Origin: Marsupella aquatica
Lineage: Eukaryota > Plantae > Marchantiophyta
Assembly: GCA_973895155.1 (NCBI GenBank)
Contig: OZ316891.1
Span: 24,985,899-25,049,898 of the forward strand
Reading direction: 5' to 3'
Length of the DNA stretch: 64,000 nucleotides
Each line of letters starts with the position of its first letter. The stretch's first letter is position 1. Below are positions 33,939 to 47,836 of the stretch, piece after piece. The notes beneath the pieces were generated by a model. It saw only the letters and a list, made by a program, of their open reading frames with translations. It was not told the DNA's origin and searched no databases. The position numbers were made by a program, and so were the translations under genes.

Positions 33939-35432
33939 AGTGGTGGACCTTGCCACCCAATGCCCTCACCAATCCCAACACTTGTGCCTAAGTGCCCTTG
34001 GTGCCTGAACGCCTCCATGGAATACCTTGAGCAAGCATCCAAGTGCCTCTAGCACCACCAGCGGCCACTCCCATACAAAGCCGCACTTGCTCACCTACAC
34101 GACCGCTACTCAACGGTCCTCATTGTCTGCACAAACAACCAAGCATCTCGGTAGGTAACCCTGCCGGATCTAGAACGCACCAAGTCTAGCATCCTAACTC
34201 AAGCTCAACAGACGTTAGTAAATAGGTCAGCAATAGGTCCTCCCGATGCCATAAGCCGGAACCAGAACTCACGCCCACTGTCCGTCCAGGACAGTTCCTT
34301 CCTTGGGCGCGGCCCGAATTCCCCCTCGTACCTATCCATCACCAACTGACCGCCCTGACCTCAGGACATACTCATGGCCCAAATAGCGTAGCTTGTCCTA
34401 AAGCTTGTCCCAAGCTTGTTTCAACACGCCGGGACCAGAACGGCCCCGACTCTAACACCTACTCTCGGTTTGCCCCACTGATGATCTAGGGACCAAGTGC
34501 CCTTGGTACTCAGCCTCCATACCTACTTGGCCTTGCCTCCCCAACGCAAGTTCCCTTGGGAGGCTGAACGCGGCTTGGCTGCTGTTCGGCAGGATTTGGC
34601 AAATGGGTCAGCTAACACCCGCAAACCACGAGAACCCATGGCATCCCCAGACCCAGCTGAGCTTAGGAGGGCGTAGCTCTCCTCAAGAGCTTTCCAACGC
34701 ACCTAAGAAGTCCTCCAACGGACTTCCCGTTGGGAAGATATCGCCATTTCCGTTTGGCGGTTCCCCTTAGTGTCGCGACCGCCGCGGCTCACGACTTCGG
34801 CTCGCCCTTAGCCCCCAGGGAGACACCACTCCCCTTATATATGCTTCTGGGGACCTGCCACCTCCGGACCAGCTTTGGTCCCAAAAGATTTGGCCCCCAA
34901 CCCGGATCCCATCGCGCATAACGGGCGCGCCACCAACTGGCAATGCCCATAACTTTCTTGATAGGCATCCGCAAGCAGAGTGCCTTAGCCCGTTGTGACC
35001 GGGCCGACCCGGTGCTCATGCCTAGGCCCTCAGGTCTGATCGCCGCTCAGGGCCCCCGACTGGCCCAACCCAGATCGGGCCACAACTTGCGCCCCAAGCG
35101 TCCGTTGCCAATGGCAACAACTCCATTGGTCTTGGGCCCAAGAGGAGCTCACTCCCAAGCCCTCAGAACTCAAAGCCCATCCGATGGTTCAGACGGCCAC
35201 CCTTGAGCCCGGCCCATTTCCCCTTGACCCAACCAGCCATAGGCTAGTCCAAGTCCCTAGTGTGTGTCCCCAGCTTGGCCCCTTGCCTCGCTAGTGCCAC
35301 GTCTCATTGCCTACAAGTCTCCCCATGCTAAGTCCTCCCCAGATGGCCTATTTGGGCCTGGACCATAAGGGAGCTCGGCATCGGAGTCAGCAACGTCGGA
35401 GCTAAGTGTTAAGGTAGTCGAGTTCTGCAACT
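33939..35432 (-). repeat. 3' LTR of element C
   Basis: Direct repeat of 43552-45044 with many transitions. PPT (minus strand AATGGGGGG) at about 35437-35445. Confidence 0.9.
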
Positions 35433-35872
35433 TGCACCCCCCATTAAAAATGGTCACGTCCACGTGACCTAAGTAAACGTTCCAACACGCCTAGACCACT
35501 TTGGGCCTTAAAATTTTTTATGAGGTAACAAATGGTTTGCCCATAAGGCTGATGCAAACCAGGTTGGTATGCGCATTCCAAACTTAGGAAATTCCAACCT
35601 ATCCCACTTGTCCAAGTAGGATGCCAGTCCAAACGGGTAAGCTAACTCCAAACTTGTCGGACCCATTGTCCTCCCCTTGGGGCGCTCCCCTTTTGGTTTG
35701 AACTAGCCCGCCCACAGATGTAGGGCGGGCACCATCAACTTCCACTCGCAAAAAGCAAATTGGCCGCCCAACAACCTCTAGCACCACCGCAAACCGACTT
35801 TATCCTTAAGAGGCCGAGAGGAGTGAAACTAGGATACAACTCACAAAGGTAGCTACAGTTGGCTGTACCAGT

Positions 35873-38800
35873 TCACAACGGCGGTAGGCCGCTTCGCTTA
35901 CAATAGATTCCAAGGATCTTTGAGGCATTACCCAAATTTTCTTCCGGTTCCCAAGTACTCTCGGCCTGGTTGTAGCCAGCCCACTTCACCAAATACTCTA
36001 AGATTTGCCTTCCCAACTTGCGTTTGTAACGGTGGTCCAGAATTGCCTCCACCTCAAACTCCTCAACGTCCTCCACCAGCATGGCGTCCGGACGCAAGAC
36101 CTGATCCTGGTTGGGATCATCGTCTTTGACAAACTTCTTGAGCCGACTAACATGGTAGCTTTTGCCCACGCCCATTTCCTTGGGTGTCTCCAACACCACC
36201 AAAACCGGATTATCCTTGTGGGCCCATTGTATAATGCGATAGGGTCCCGCATATCTAGGAGCCAGCTTCCTACTTATGTTCCCGTGGTATTGCTCAAGTC
36301 TCAACTGCAACCAGACGCTCTCCCCAATTTCAAAGCTTACTTGGCGTTGATGTTTATCCCCTTGCTCCTTGTACCAACTTTGGGCAAGGGTCATACCCTT
36401 GGTAGCCGCTTCCACAACTAGGCGCCACTCTCGAATAAAATTGTCCACAGAAGGAACCTTGCTTTTCGTCCGCCAAGCTTCCGGATTTATAAACCAGGAG
36501 GGCGCCCTTGGCGTCCTCCCTGTGGCCAACACAAACGGCGCAAACCCCGTCGCCAAATGCTTGGTCAAGTTATACCTAAACTCGGCCATTGTTAAATGCT
36601 TTGCCCAATCCTTTGGATTGGCTGCCACAAAGTGATGCAAGTAGTCCTCCACGATACCATTTACCCGTTCTGTTTGGCCATTCGTCTCATGATGATACGC
36701 TGATCCCCTGGTCAGGTCTGTTCTGGATAACCGGAACAACGCCTTCCAAAAATGGCCCGTGAACTTGGTATCGCGATCGGACAGGATATGCAACGGCAAT
36801 CCCCATTGTTGGAAGACATTGTCAAATACTAGACCGGCAACCTCTTGGGCCAAAACCATCTTTGTAGTAGGCAAGAAATACGCCATCTTGGAAAAACGAT
36901 CCACGATTGTTAAGATGGAGTTACTGTCGTGGGACTCAGGTAATCCAACAATGAAGTCCATGGAGATAGACTCCCATGGAGCCGCATCTACTGGTAAGGG
37001 TTGTAGTAGTCCTCCTTTTGCTCTATAGACCGTTCGGTTCTTTTGGCACAAGTAACAACTTTGCACATGTTGAAGGACCAATTGCTTCATGTCCGGCCAA
37101 TACACATCTCGTGACATGCTGCAATACGTAGCGGCTTGTCCTCTGTGCCCTCCCTAGGGCAAGTCGTGGTACTTTTGCAGAACCTCTAACCTTAGAGACT
37201 CTGGTATGTACACACGCCTCTGCTTGTATCGCCATAACTGGACATTATGCGTCGTATCCAACCCCAACGATACGTGCCTTACCTTGCCCCGACTACCCCC
37301 ATTGCTTTGCCAATCCTTAGCTAACCTGTCATCCCCATATGCCGCGGCCAGAACCTTTGGGCACTCGGATCTGAGCATCATGATCCCATTGACACGATGT
37401 TGGTCCTTACGCGATAACGCGTCTGCTGCCATATTTGTCTTCCCTGGAATGTGGCGGACTTCAAAATCAAAATCCGCCAAGAACATCTGCCAGCACATTT
37501 CCTTGGGGTTCAGCCTTGGCTTAGAACTGAAGTACCCGGCCGACGAGCTATCTGTGTGGATTACCACTTTGGGACCGTTCTTAAGGTAAATCTCCCACTT
37601 CTTCAACGCATAGATCACAGCATACATTTCCCTTTCCGGCGTGATCCAGTGATTTTCCAACTTACATGACTCAAAGGCCATAGGACGCCCATCTTGGTGA
37701 AGACAGGGGCCGATGGCATAATCACTTGCATCTGTCCAAATCTTGAACGGCTTCCCCATCTCAATTAACTTTAGAACCGGTGGCGTTATCATTAACCGCT
37801 TAAGTTCTAGGAATGCTAACTCGCAATCCTATGTCCACACAAACACTTTGTTTTTCAACGTTAGCGCATTGAGGGGCCTTGCAATCCTCACATAGTCTTT
37901 CATGTATCTCCGATAGAACCCCATAAATCCTAAGAAGGCTCTAACTTGCCTTACATTGGACGGGCGCTCCCATTCTTTGATCTCCTTAAGCTTGTCCTGA
38001 CTAGGCGTAATCCCTTCCGGGGTAAAGGTATGGCCGAGGAACTAAATCTCGTTCATCGCAAACTCGCACTTGCTAGGTTTAGCAAAGAGACAAGCCTTAC
38101 AAAGGCGAGAGAACACTTCTCTGAGAAACTGCTCATGCTCCTCCAATGTTTTCAAGTAGATTAGGATGTCGTCAATAAAGATGACCACTCCTTGGTCCAA
38201 CAAGTCATGAAAGATGGTATTCATCATCTTTATGAACATTGCGGTTGCATTACACAACCCGAATGGCATAACCAAAAACTCATAGGATCCAAACCTTGTG
38301 CGCATCACGGTCTTATACTCGTCTCCCTTAGTCATGCGGATCTGGTAATACCCAGACCGCAAGTCCACCTTTGAAAACTTCTTAGCCCCAGAGAGGCAAT
38401 CAAAGAGGTCATCCATGTGAGGTAACGGGTACTTGTTCTTTACCGTCTGCTTATTGAGGGCCTGATAATCTGCGCACAATCTCAAAGTACCATCCTTTTT
38501 GGACACAAACAGCGTGGGCGCCCCGTAAGGACTCTTACTAGGGCGAATGAACCCTTGGTCGATCAACTCTTCCAAGGCGTTCTTTAACATCATTCGCTCG
38601 TTCAGGTTCAGACGATAAGGAGCTTTACCTTGAGGAGCCAATCCCGGCTCCAACTCAACTTGGTGATCCACTTCTCTCCGCGGGGATAAACCTTTAGGTA
38701 GCTTTTGCAAGAGCACGTCGTTGAATTCCTCTAAAATTTTGGGAATTCGACCACAGTCGGGCCCGACCTTAGCTGACTTGGCCTTTGGTTGCGACGTAGC

Positions 38801-39364
38801 CTCCTTAGTTGGGTGGAGATGAAAGAAGAAACATTCATGTCCACCCTTGAAGTCTTTCCACCATTGCTTTGCCGATACACATGGAGACATCCACGACACT
38901 TTACTTACTTTAAGAAATCTTTCTTTATTTTTGGTAATTTCGTGTACAACGATGGGCTCACCGCCCTTATTGGGAAAATGGAGCACCTCACCCCCCGGTT
39001 TCAAGATAATATTGTGCTTTCTGAGATAACCTACCGACAAAATGAAGTCTACGGCTAGACCGTCTAGAACGTAGAACGTCTCCTGACTAACAAAATTTTG
39101 TTGTTTGCCTATGACCTCTACCCAAAGTCTACGCACTACTCTTGACACTATCCCCTTCGTGTCATTGGCGAACTTGCACACTAACGGTTGTAACAACTCT
39201 TGCACGTCCACCCCAAGATGAGCTGCCACCTGCCCACTTATGAAGCAGGCGATCACGCCTGTATCCACCAACGCAACACCCAGATTACCGTTAGAAGTGA
39301 CATTCACAAAAATCAGTTTTTCAAGATCCATTGTCTTAACTTTAGGTATCTTCTCTCGCAACAC
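35873..39364 (-). pseudogene. pol: Pol of element C (PR, RT, RH, IN, chromodomain) with several stops
   Basis: [59 protein letters not shown]. Chromodomain EFEVEAILDHR..YLVKWAGY..STWEPEENL. Confidence 0.92.
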
Positions 39365-40850
39365 ACCCTCTCACCGTCAGGGACATCCCCTATAGGGACC
39401 TTGTCAGCTACTAAGGTCTTCTGCCCTCCACCATCTCCGTTTGGCTTGCCACCTTTCGTGGAACAATCCTTACTTTGATGGCCCATGGCGCCACATGTGA
39501 AGCACAAACCTTCAGCCCGCCTCTGCTCCATGGTTGCCTGCTTCTTTGCTTTCTGCACCAATGAGGCTCCTTTCTTAAAGTTGTCGGCCTTTCGGTTTTG
39601 CTTAGCTTCTCCATTCTGGGGCTGGGGATGCAAACCACCGGCCCCCGCCCCCTCAAGTTGCTTCCGCTTATTCCCGGGACCTTTTGCTTTCCCAACTTCC
39701 CCCTCGGATCCCTTGCCACCCACCTTTGCCAAGTCCGATCGGTTATTCACCAACGTAGTGGCCTTGTCAAAGGCGTCAGAAAGCGTTTTGAATTCATGAC
39801 GCTTTTCCTGCAACTTTTCCCTGAGCAACTTTTCCCTGAGCAACTTTTCCCTGAGCCGGAGCTTCACGATAAAGTTGTGAAGCTGTGTATGTAGGGTCTC
39901 TTGTCCCGCCGGGATACACGCCAACTGATTCTGGTAATAAGTGATGAACTTTTGGATATCACCCCTGAAGCTCATTTCCGTTACACATTTATGAGTGTGC
40001 CGCTCCGGATACTTAGTGGTGACATGAGCGCGGAGACCCTCAACCAGGTTTTCCCAAGTTAACGGCAAGGAGGAGTCTTCTTGCAACTTCTTCCATGACT
40101 TGTACCAAGTCAAGACATAGTCCTTCAGGTAAGGAGCGGCTGCGATAGCCAAAGTGGAACGCTCAACGCACGCTTGGAGATGAATCTCCATCGTGGAGAG
40201 CCAACTCAGGAACTTTTGTCCACTTTGCTCGTAGGCCCCGTCGTAAGTTGGAGGAGTCGGTAGCTGGTTCACTTGGAACATACTCCGTCCAACTACCATT
40301 CCCCCCTCGGGACGCGACGCACTCTGACTACCCAGACTAAGTAAGTACTTAATCTGGCCCCCTTGTTGTGTTTCAACTACTCATAGATGAGTCGTTGGTC
40401 TTGAGTCAACGGACCCAGATCGTCGTCGGCGGCTGGGCCCTTGTGGGTTGTATGAGGACGGTCCTCCAACCATCTTTCTTTTGCGGGCCGCCTGTCCTTA
40501 GGTTCTCTTGTGGATTTTGGTGACCACCCCCGTGTCTTGCGAGCACCATGACCTCCCGGGACTGAGGTATCACCCGCGTCATCCTGGTTCTGCTTGGTCA
40601 AATTATCCACGATGATGTTCGGCTCGGCATCATCCTCTGGTTCCGCATTCAACCCTCTCAAGGCTGGGATCAGTTCCTCCTCCGGGTCCTGACCCTCTTC
40701 TTCTGTCTCAGCTTCAACGTTGTCGTCGCTTGCGGTTGCATCGGAGTCATCCGACCCATCCTCTGAAGGATCAGCCGCCTCCTTCCCTTTAAGTCAACGG
40801 CGCTCTGCACTTGACTTGTTTGCCGCAGCGGTCGACGGTTCGGCCATTGC
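39313..40850 (-). pseudogene. gag: Gag of element C with a degenerate acidic N-terminus
   Basis: WLSTME..YLKD..LTWY..LTWENL, zinc knuckle CFTCGAMGHQSKDC, and a 15-bp triplication encoding LREKL. Confidence 0.8.
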
Positions 40851-42599
40851 GTCTTCTTCATCTTGCTTGTAACGTTCGTCGAGGGAAGTGTCACGCAATT
40901 GACATGGGTCTTAACACCAAAAACGTCACTATGGGTGCCAAAACCATCTCCTTGTACCTGAGGATCACGAAGGGATGTTGTGAAGGTCGGTAAACACCAA
41001 TTTATGCCCTTAACACCAGACTATCATAGCAAGACTCTATCACACATCACCCAAGCTCAATCCCAAGGAACCAAGGTTGGGGATCAGATCTGCGCTCATG
41101 ATAGTTCTGGTGAGAAGGGGTCTTCATATCGGGCCCGTACACACAGGGCCTAGCGCTACGGTGCGCATAGGTCTATACGTATGCTTACTGTCATAGGTAT
41201 GTTTCTATTCCGCCGCTGGAATGTACCCATAAACCAGTGACTCCTGACTGATTCCCGGCTTAGGGACTTCTAAGCCATTGCCCCACCACTCTGCCATTCC
41301 ACTCTCAACAATCAGAGCTATGATAGTCCTCACCCAACCCGCTTCAATGCACCCTGTACACCTCTCAGTGGCGCTGCTAGTCCCATCATACACTCAGATT
41401 GCCTCACACACACACGCATCCATGAGAGAAATGAGGCCTGAGAGGAAAACTCAATTAGATTCAAAGATGTGCACAATAGTTCACTGAGAACACTTGATCC
41501 GAACACTAGGGCCGAAGGCTGTCTCCTCCATATTGTGACGTGCTTGCCCCGCAAGCCCCATGCTTGCCATGCAAGCTCAATCCTGAACCTGAGCCCAACT
41601 CACTCCAGATTGCGATGGCAGATTGGACTCGAACCAATCTCGTACTTGCCTTGCAAACTCAATCCTGAACTCAACCTCCTTCATTGCACTTCATTCTTGG
41701 GGGCACATACAGATCTCACACCTCCATTTCAGAATGTCAAGTTACGCATGCACAGTTGACTCGACTTCAAAGCTGATACCAGGCCTAACGGCGATCTACC
41801 CCAGACTACAATGAGGCCCGGCCTCATGCTTGCCCTGCAAGCTCAGATCTGGCCATAAATCCCTTAGTGCTCTCCACCAGACAAAGGCCGGGACTCCCCA
41901 TGGATCACGTAGCCTTGCCAGACTAAACTGTAAATGCTCCTCCTGCTGCCCCTCAATCAATATCTCAGCCTCCCTAATGTGCTCACCACAAATCACATTA
42001 AAATCCTCCCCACAGTTTACAATCACCAACACATCACCTTCACCAAGGCTCTGTATCGGGGGGAAAAGAACCCAGTTGTGTTGCCTACTAGAAAGAGCCA
42101 CAATCCAGCTTGCAAACCTAGCCAACTGTTGCTGTGAAGCGTGGCTAATTACTCCTTGAGTAATAGCACAACCAAGCTCTCCCCAACACACAGCTTCCAA
42201 GCCCAGCCTTCCTTGCACAGAGCTCCTCCCTGCTGCTCAATCTACGTGAGATCACACAACTGAAGTTCCCCCCTGCCTCTACCGGGGGGCTGCTCTATAT
42301 ACTCTCATATTGAGCCCAAATGGGTGGATACCATGCTACTGGAGCCCCATCCCAGCCCTAACACAGCCGCCACTATCTCTAACTACTGAACCCTAACTCG
42401 CAACTTTATTTCTATCTCGAATTGGCTATGTTCTTCGGATTTGGCCCTCTTCCATGGTTTTTGCGAGCTTGCGCCTCCTCTCCCGATTTCTCTATTCAAC
42501 CATTTGCTGCGTGGATAGCAACGTTGGAAGCGGCTTGAGCTCCTCTTTCCAACGAGGTCAATTATAGCCGATTTGGTCAAATATACAGAAAGTTATGCC

Positions 42600-43010
42600 C
42601 CCGTAACCGAGAGGGGGTACTCACTGCTATGCTAACCCGAGTTACATAGCTAACCCGAGTTCGGCTAACCTAGCTATCCTATCTAACCCGAGTAGATCTA
42701 ACCCGTGGTCTCGAGTTAGGCCGCTACCCGCTATCCGCTAACCTAGGCTAAGCTGAGCCCGAACCCAAACTTACCTGTGCTAACCCAAGCCCGAGTTTAG
42801 GCTAACCCGAGTTCAGTCTAACCCGGGATCAATCTAATCCAAACCCGGGTTAAGCCTAAGCTGAAGCTATGCTGACATGAGCTAAGCTGAAGCCGTGCTT
42901 ACATGAGCTAAGCTGAAGTCGTGCTCACATAAGCTAAGCTGTGGCCGAGCTTAGGTTAACCCGAAACCGAAGCCGAATCCGCTAATTCCGACCACAAGTT
43001 AACCCGTCAC
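42600..43010. repeat. Short TAACCCGAG and GAGCTAAGCTGAAG repeats in the 5' leader of element C
   Basis: More than ten TAACCC/TAACCCG variants and three GCTAAGCTG units. Confidence 0.7.
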
Positions 43011-43533
43011 ACTAATCAGGCCGTATCTTCCTTAATACACTTCCATTTCCCGAGTGTTTTATATCGATTTTACTTGTCTTGACCAGATCTTTCCAATGCT
43101 CTTTACAGATCTGGATTTGGTGGCATATTAAAAGAGATATGGCTGCCGACCACCCGCGATATAGCTTTTATTTCCCTACTCTTAACGCCATGATTGCCCT
43201 TATTCTTGTCATCTTGCTAATTGTTATGCAATATCAATAGCTACTCCTTGCATACAACAACCTAGTTAATCAGATTATAGAATAAGGACCATGTCATAGG
43301 CGTCACAGGAAGTCAACCCGTCCTCCTTTTGTTCATTTTGAACTTGGGCTCTCCCCTTGGTGGGGGGAGCCTGCTTGCCACTCTTTGCACGAGTGTTTTT
43401 AGCCATGTTCCCAACGACCAAATCTGCCCGTAGTTGATCCGCCGGGTATGTTGAAGCACTAAGTCCCCGCAAAAATCCGTTAAGATTTTTGAATTCTGAC
43501 TTAGCACAACCCCAGCCCGGTGTCTATGCCAGC

Positions 43534-43549
43534 AAATGCTCTGATACCA
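43534..43549 (-). promoter_or_regulatory. Primer-binding site (tRNA-iMet) of element C
   Basis: TGGTATCAGAGC, 2 nt from the LTR end. Confidence 0.9.
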
Positions 43550-43551
43550 CA

Positions 43552-45044
43552 AGTGGTGGACCTTGCCACCCAGCGCCCTCACCAATCCCAGCACTTGTGC
43601 CTAAGTGCCCTTGGTGCTCGAACGCCTCCACGGAATACCTTGAGCAAGCATCCAAGTGCCTCTAGCACCACCAGCGGCCACTCCCATACGAAACCTAAAC
43701 TTGCTCACCTACACGACCGCTACTCAACGGTCCTCACTGTCTGCACAACCAACCAACCACCTCGGTAAGTAACCCTGCCGGATCTAGAACGCACCAAGTC
43801 TAGCATCCTAACTCAAGCTCAACAGACGTTAGTAAATAGGTCAGTGATAGGTCCTCCCGATGCCATAAGCCGGAACCAGAACTCACGCCCACTCTCCATC
43901 CAGGACAGTTCCTTCCTTGGGCGCAGCCCGAGTTCCCCCTCATACCTATCCATCACCAACTGATTGCCCTGACCTCAGGACATACTCATGGCCCAAATAG
44001 CGTAGCTTGTCCTAAAGCTTGTCCCAAGCTTGTTTCAACACGCCGGGACCAGAACGGCTGACTCTAACACCTACTCTCGGTTTGCCCCACTGATGGTCTA
44101 GGGACCGAACGCCCTTGGTACTCAGCCTCCATACCTACTTGGCCTTGCCTCCCCAATGCAAGCTCCCTTGGGAGGCTGAACGCGGCTTGGCTACTGTTCG
44201 GCAGGATTTGGCAAACGGGTCAGCTAGCACCCGCAAACCACGAGAACCCATGGCACCCCCAGACCCAGCTGAGCTCAGGAGGGCGTAGCCATTCTCAAGA
44301 GCTTTCCAACGCACCTAAGAAGTCCTCCAACGGACTTCCCGTTGGGAAGATATCGCCATTTCCATTTGGCGGTTCCCTTTAGTGTCGCGACTGCTGCGGC
44401 TCACCACTTCGGCTCGCCCTTAGCCCCCAGGGAGACACCACTCCCCTTATATATGCTTCTGAGGACCTGCCACCCCCGGACCAGCTTTGGTCCCAAAACA
44501 TTTGGCCCCCAACCCGGATCCCATCACGCATAACGGGCGCGCCACCAACTGGCAACGCCCATAACTTTCTTGATAGGCATCCGCAAGCAGAGTGCCTTAG
44601 CCCGTTGTGACCGGGCCAACCCGGTGCTCATGCCTAGGCCCTCAGGTCTAATCGCCGCTCAGGGCCCCCGACTGGCCCAACTCGGATCGGGCCACAACTT
44701 GCGCCCTAAGCGTCCGTTGCCAATGGCAACAACTCCATTGGTCTTGGGCCCAAGAGGAGCTCACTCCCAAGCCCTCAGAACTCAAAGCCCATCCAATGGT
44801 TCGGACGGCCACCCTTGAGCCCGACCCATTTCCCCTTGACCCAACCAGCCATAGGCTAGTCCAAGTCCCTAGTGTGTGTCCCCAGCTTGGCCCCTTGCCT
44901 CGCTAGTGCCACGTCTCATTGCCCACAAGTCTCCCCATGCTAAGTCCTCCCCGGATGGCCTATCCGGGCCTGGACCATAAGGGAGCTCGACGTCGGAGTC
45001 AGCAACGTTGGAGCTAAGTGTTAAGGTAGTCAAGTTCCACGATT
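43552..45044 (-). repeat. 5' LTR of element C
   Basis: Direct repeat of 33939-35432. Confidence 0.9.
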
Positions 45045-46254
45045 GAAGCTCATACTCACATTTCAGAATCATATCACCCAGAGATAGCCATACATCATAA
45101 TACCACTGGCCACATCTTAGATAGAACCAGAGTAATACCTGATGATCAATTTGCTTTTCATATATCACAGGATATTACTAATTTACCTGACCCAAAATCT
45201 GTCAAAGAAGCACAAAACCAAGCAGATTGGCCTAAATGGAAAATAGCCATGAACTCTGAGTTAGACTCTTTGATCTCTAGAAAAGTATTTGGTTCTATAA
45301 CCATTGCTTCTCCAAACCAACACCTTACAGGATACAAAATCATATTTACCAAAAAGAGGAATTCCCAAGGAGAAATTGTGAGATATAAAGCTCAACTCGT
45401 TGCGAAAGGATAGACTCAAGTCTATGGCACAGATTATGACCTTACATATTCACCTGTTATGGATGTAACTACCTACCACTACTTGATAGCATTTGCAATC
45501 CAACACAAACTCTTAATGCATCAACTAGATGTGGTGACCGCTTACCTCTACGGTCAATTTGACACTATGATTTATATGGAAGCTCCACCAGAGCTTATAG
45601 AACGTGTCAATTTCCATGCAAATTCAAATCTTGATTCAAATATGCATAGTGGCAAACATGCAAATGAATTTGACTACTTAAATCAGCTGGTACTCCACAA
45701 TACCTCTAAGGCAATAGCATTCCAAGAAACTCCTAGAAATAGAAAGACTTGATTTGCTATTCAGGTTCTTCATTCGCTCTATGGCCTAAAACAAAGTGGA
45801 CGTACCTGGTAGCAACATTTCAAAACAAAGATGATATCCATGGGATACAAAAATTCAGAGATTGCACCTTGTCTATTCATAAAGAATCAAGAGCCTAAAT
45901 TCATAATCATTGCTATTTATGTAGATGACCTCAACTTGTTTGGTACAAACAAGATGATGCAAGAATCTATACAAACGCTGAAACGCGTATTCGAAATGAG
46001 GGATTTAGGAAGAACCTCTTACTGCATTGGACTTCAATTTGAACATTTGAAGATGGGCATTCTCCTACATCAAGAGACTTACACAAAGAAGGTGTTAAAA
46101 CATTTCCACATGGACTTGTTAAAACCTATGAAGTCCTCCATGGATATACGTACCTTGGACATACAAAAATATATGTTCAGGAAGAGAGAAAATTTTGAAC
46201 CTTTACTAAGTTCAGATATGCCATAGCTTTTGGCTATTGGTGCTCTCATGTTTT
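45045..46254 (+). pseudogene. Ty1/copia (Bianca-like) reverse transcriptase fragment, truncated at about 46254
   Basis: PDPKSVKEA..DWPKWK.AM.SEL.SL, YSPVMD, QLDVVTAYLYG, SLYGLKQSG, IYVDDL, AIGALM; contains stops. Confidence 0.88.
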
Positions 46255-46469
46255 CACAAGGAGGATATGCATGGTATGGGTGCAGGGTATTTCCCAACAT
46301 TCCCTCGGTAATTCATTGTTTGATAACAAAGAAGTAGGTATTCTGGCCATCTTGGGGTAATGCACCCAAATTACCTGCTGAAGCCCACAAGTACCAGGGT
46401 ATATCACACTCAGAGTGTTTTGACCTCTCCCCTACGTGTCTCTGGGGAATTTAGCTATGTACAACCACC

Positions 46470-47560
46470 CACTTGTGAGGGGGTATTGTTGGGCTATTTT
46501 GACGGATGGCTCCAATTGCAGGCGTGTAGGTGTAGGCTGTGGCATCCATGGATGTATTGGAGGATGATGTGCATCACAACCATCCAACTTCCCCCTGCAA
46601 GGATGGTGAAAGTCCTACTTGCGATGGGGTATTGCTGAGGTATTGTCACAGATGTGCTCCAATTGAAGGCGTGCAGGTGTAGGCTGTGGCGTCCGTGGAT
46701 GTATTGGAGGATGATGTGCATCGCAACCATCCAATTTCCCCCCGCAAGGTGGTGAAAGTCCTACTTGCAAGTGGGTATTGCTAAGGTAATGTGACGGATG
46801 TGCTCCAATTGAAGGCATACAGGTGTAGACTGTGGCGTCCGTGGATGTATTGGAGGATGATGTGCATTGCAACCATCCAATTTCCCCACGTGAGGATGGT
46901 GAAAGTCCTACGTGTGAGGGTATTGCTTGTGTATTCAAACGGATGTGCTCCAATTGCAGGCGTGGAGGTGTACGTTGTGGCATCCGTGGATGTATTGGAG
47001 GATGATGTGCATTGCAACCATCCAATTTCCCCCCGCGAGGATGGTGAAAGTCCTACTTGTGAGGGGTTATTGTGACGGATGTGCTCCAATTGAAGGTGTG
47101 CAGGTGTAGGCTGTGGCATCTGTGGATGTATTGGAGGATGATGTGCATTGCAACCATCCAATTTCCCCCCGCAAGGATGGTGAAAGTCCTACTTGCAAGT
47201 GGGTATTGCTAAGGTAATGTGACGGATGTGCTCCAATTGAAGGCGTACAGGTGTAGGCTGTGGCGTCCGTGGATGTATGATGTGCATCGCAACCATCCAA
47301 TTTCCCCCCGTGAGGATGGTGAAAGTCCTACGTGTGAGGGTATTGCTTGTGAATTCAGACGGATGTGCTCCAATTGCAGGCATGGAGGTGTACGCTGTGG
47401 CGTCCATGGATGTATTGGAGGATGATGTGCATCATCGCAACCATCCAACTACCCCCCATGAGGATGGTGAAAGTCCTACTTGCAATGGGGTATTTCTGGG
47501 GTATTCTGACTTGGGAGGGGGTATTTTTGAGGTATTCTGATGGTATTTGCCGGATGTGCG
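46470..47560. repeat. Tandem array of ~136-147-bp units, about 7.5 copies
   Basis: CTCCAATTG anchors near 46510, 46657, 46803, 46948, 47084, 47231 and 47368. Confidence 0.92.
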
Positions 47561-47836
47561 CCAAATGGAGGCATCCAGGGGTCCACTGTGTGCCATCCGT
47601 GGATCTTGTGTGCCGGTATTTTGAAGGTATTCCGGGGATGTAGTGTTATTGGAGGCGTACATGGGAGGTGGATCCATGGAAAAATTCATGGGTACTTGGG
47701 GTTACTTCATTCAAATTGACAGACATACAGATTTGACAATGTTTGATTATTTAGGAGTGCGGGCACGAGTCACAAAACTAGACATATATAAACCCCAAGC
47801 CCCTTCACCAGACGATGTTCTAGGTATCTGACTACC

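Larger units (their letters stand above)
33939..45044 (-). mobile_element. Full-length but degenerate Ty3/gypsy chromovirus C
   Basis: LTR pair of about 1.49 kb, TSD GAAGC (33934-33938 and 45045-45049), tRNA-iMet PBS, PPT, and gag-PR-RT-RH-IN-chromodomain order. Confidence 0.92.

Noticed and set aside
39313-39364. Programmed gag-pol frameshift in element C
   Set aside because: No clear slippery heptamer was seen and the element has many other lesions.
46360-47689. Many overlapping ORFs with repeated peptides
   Set aside because: They are translations of the ~145-bp satellite.
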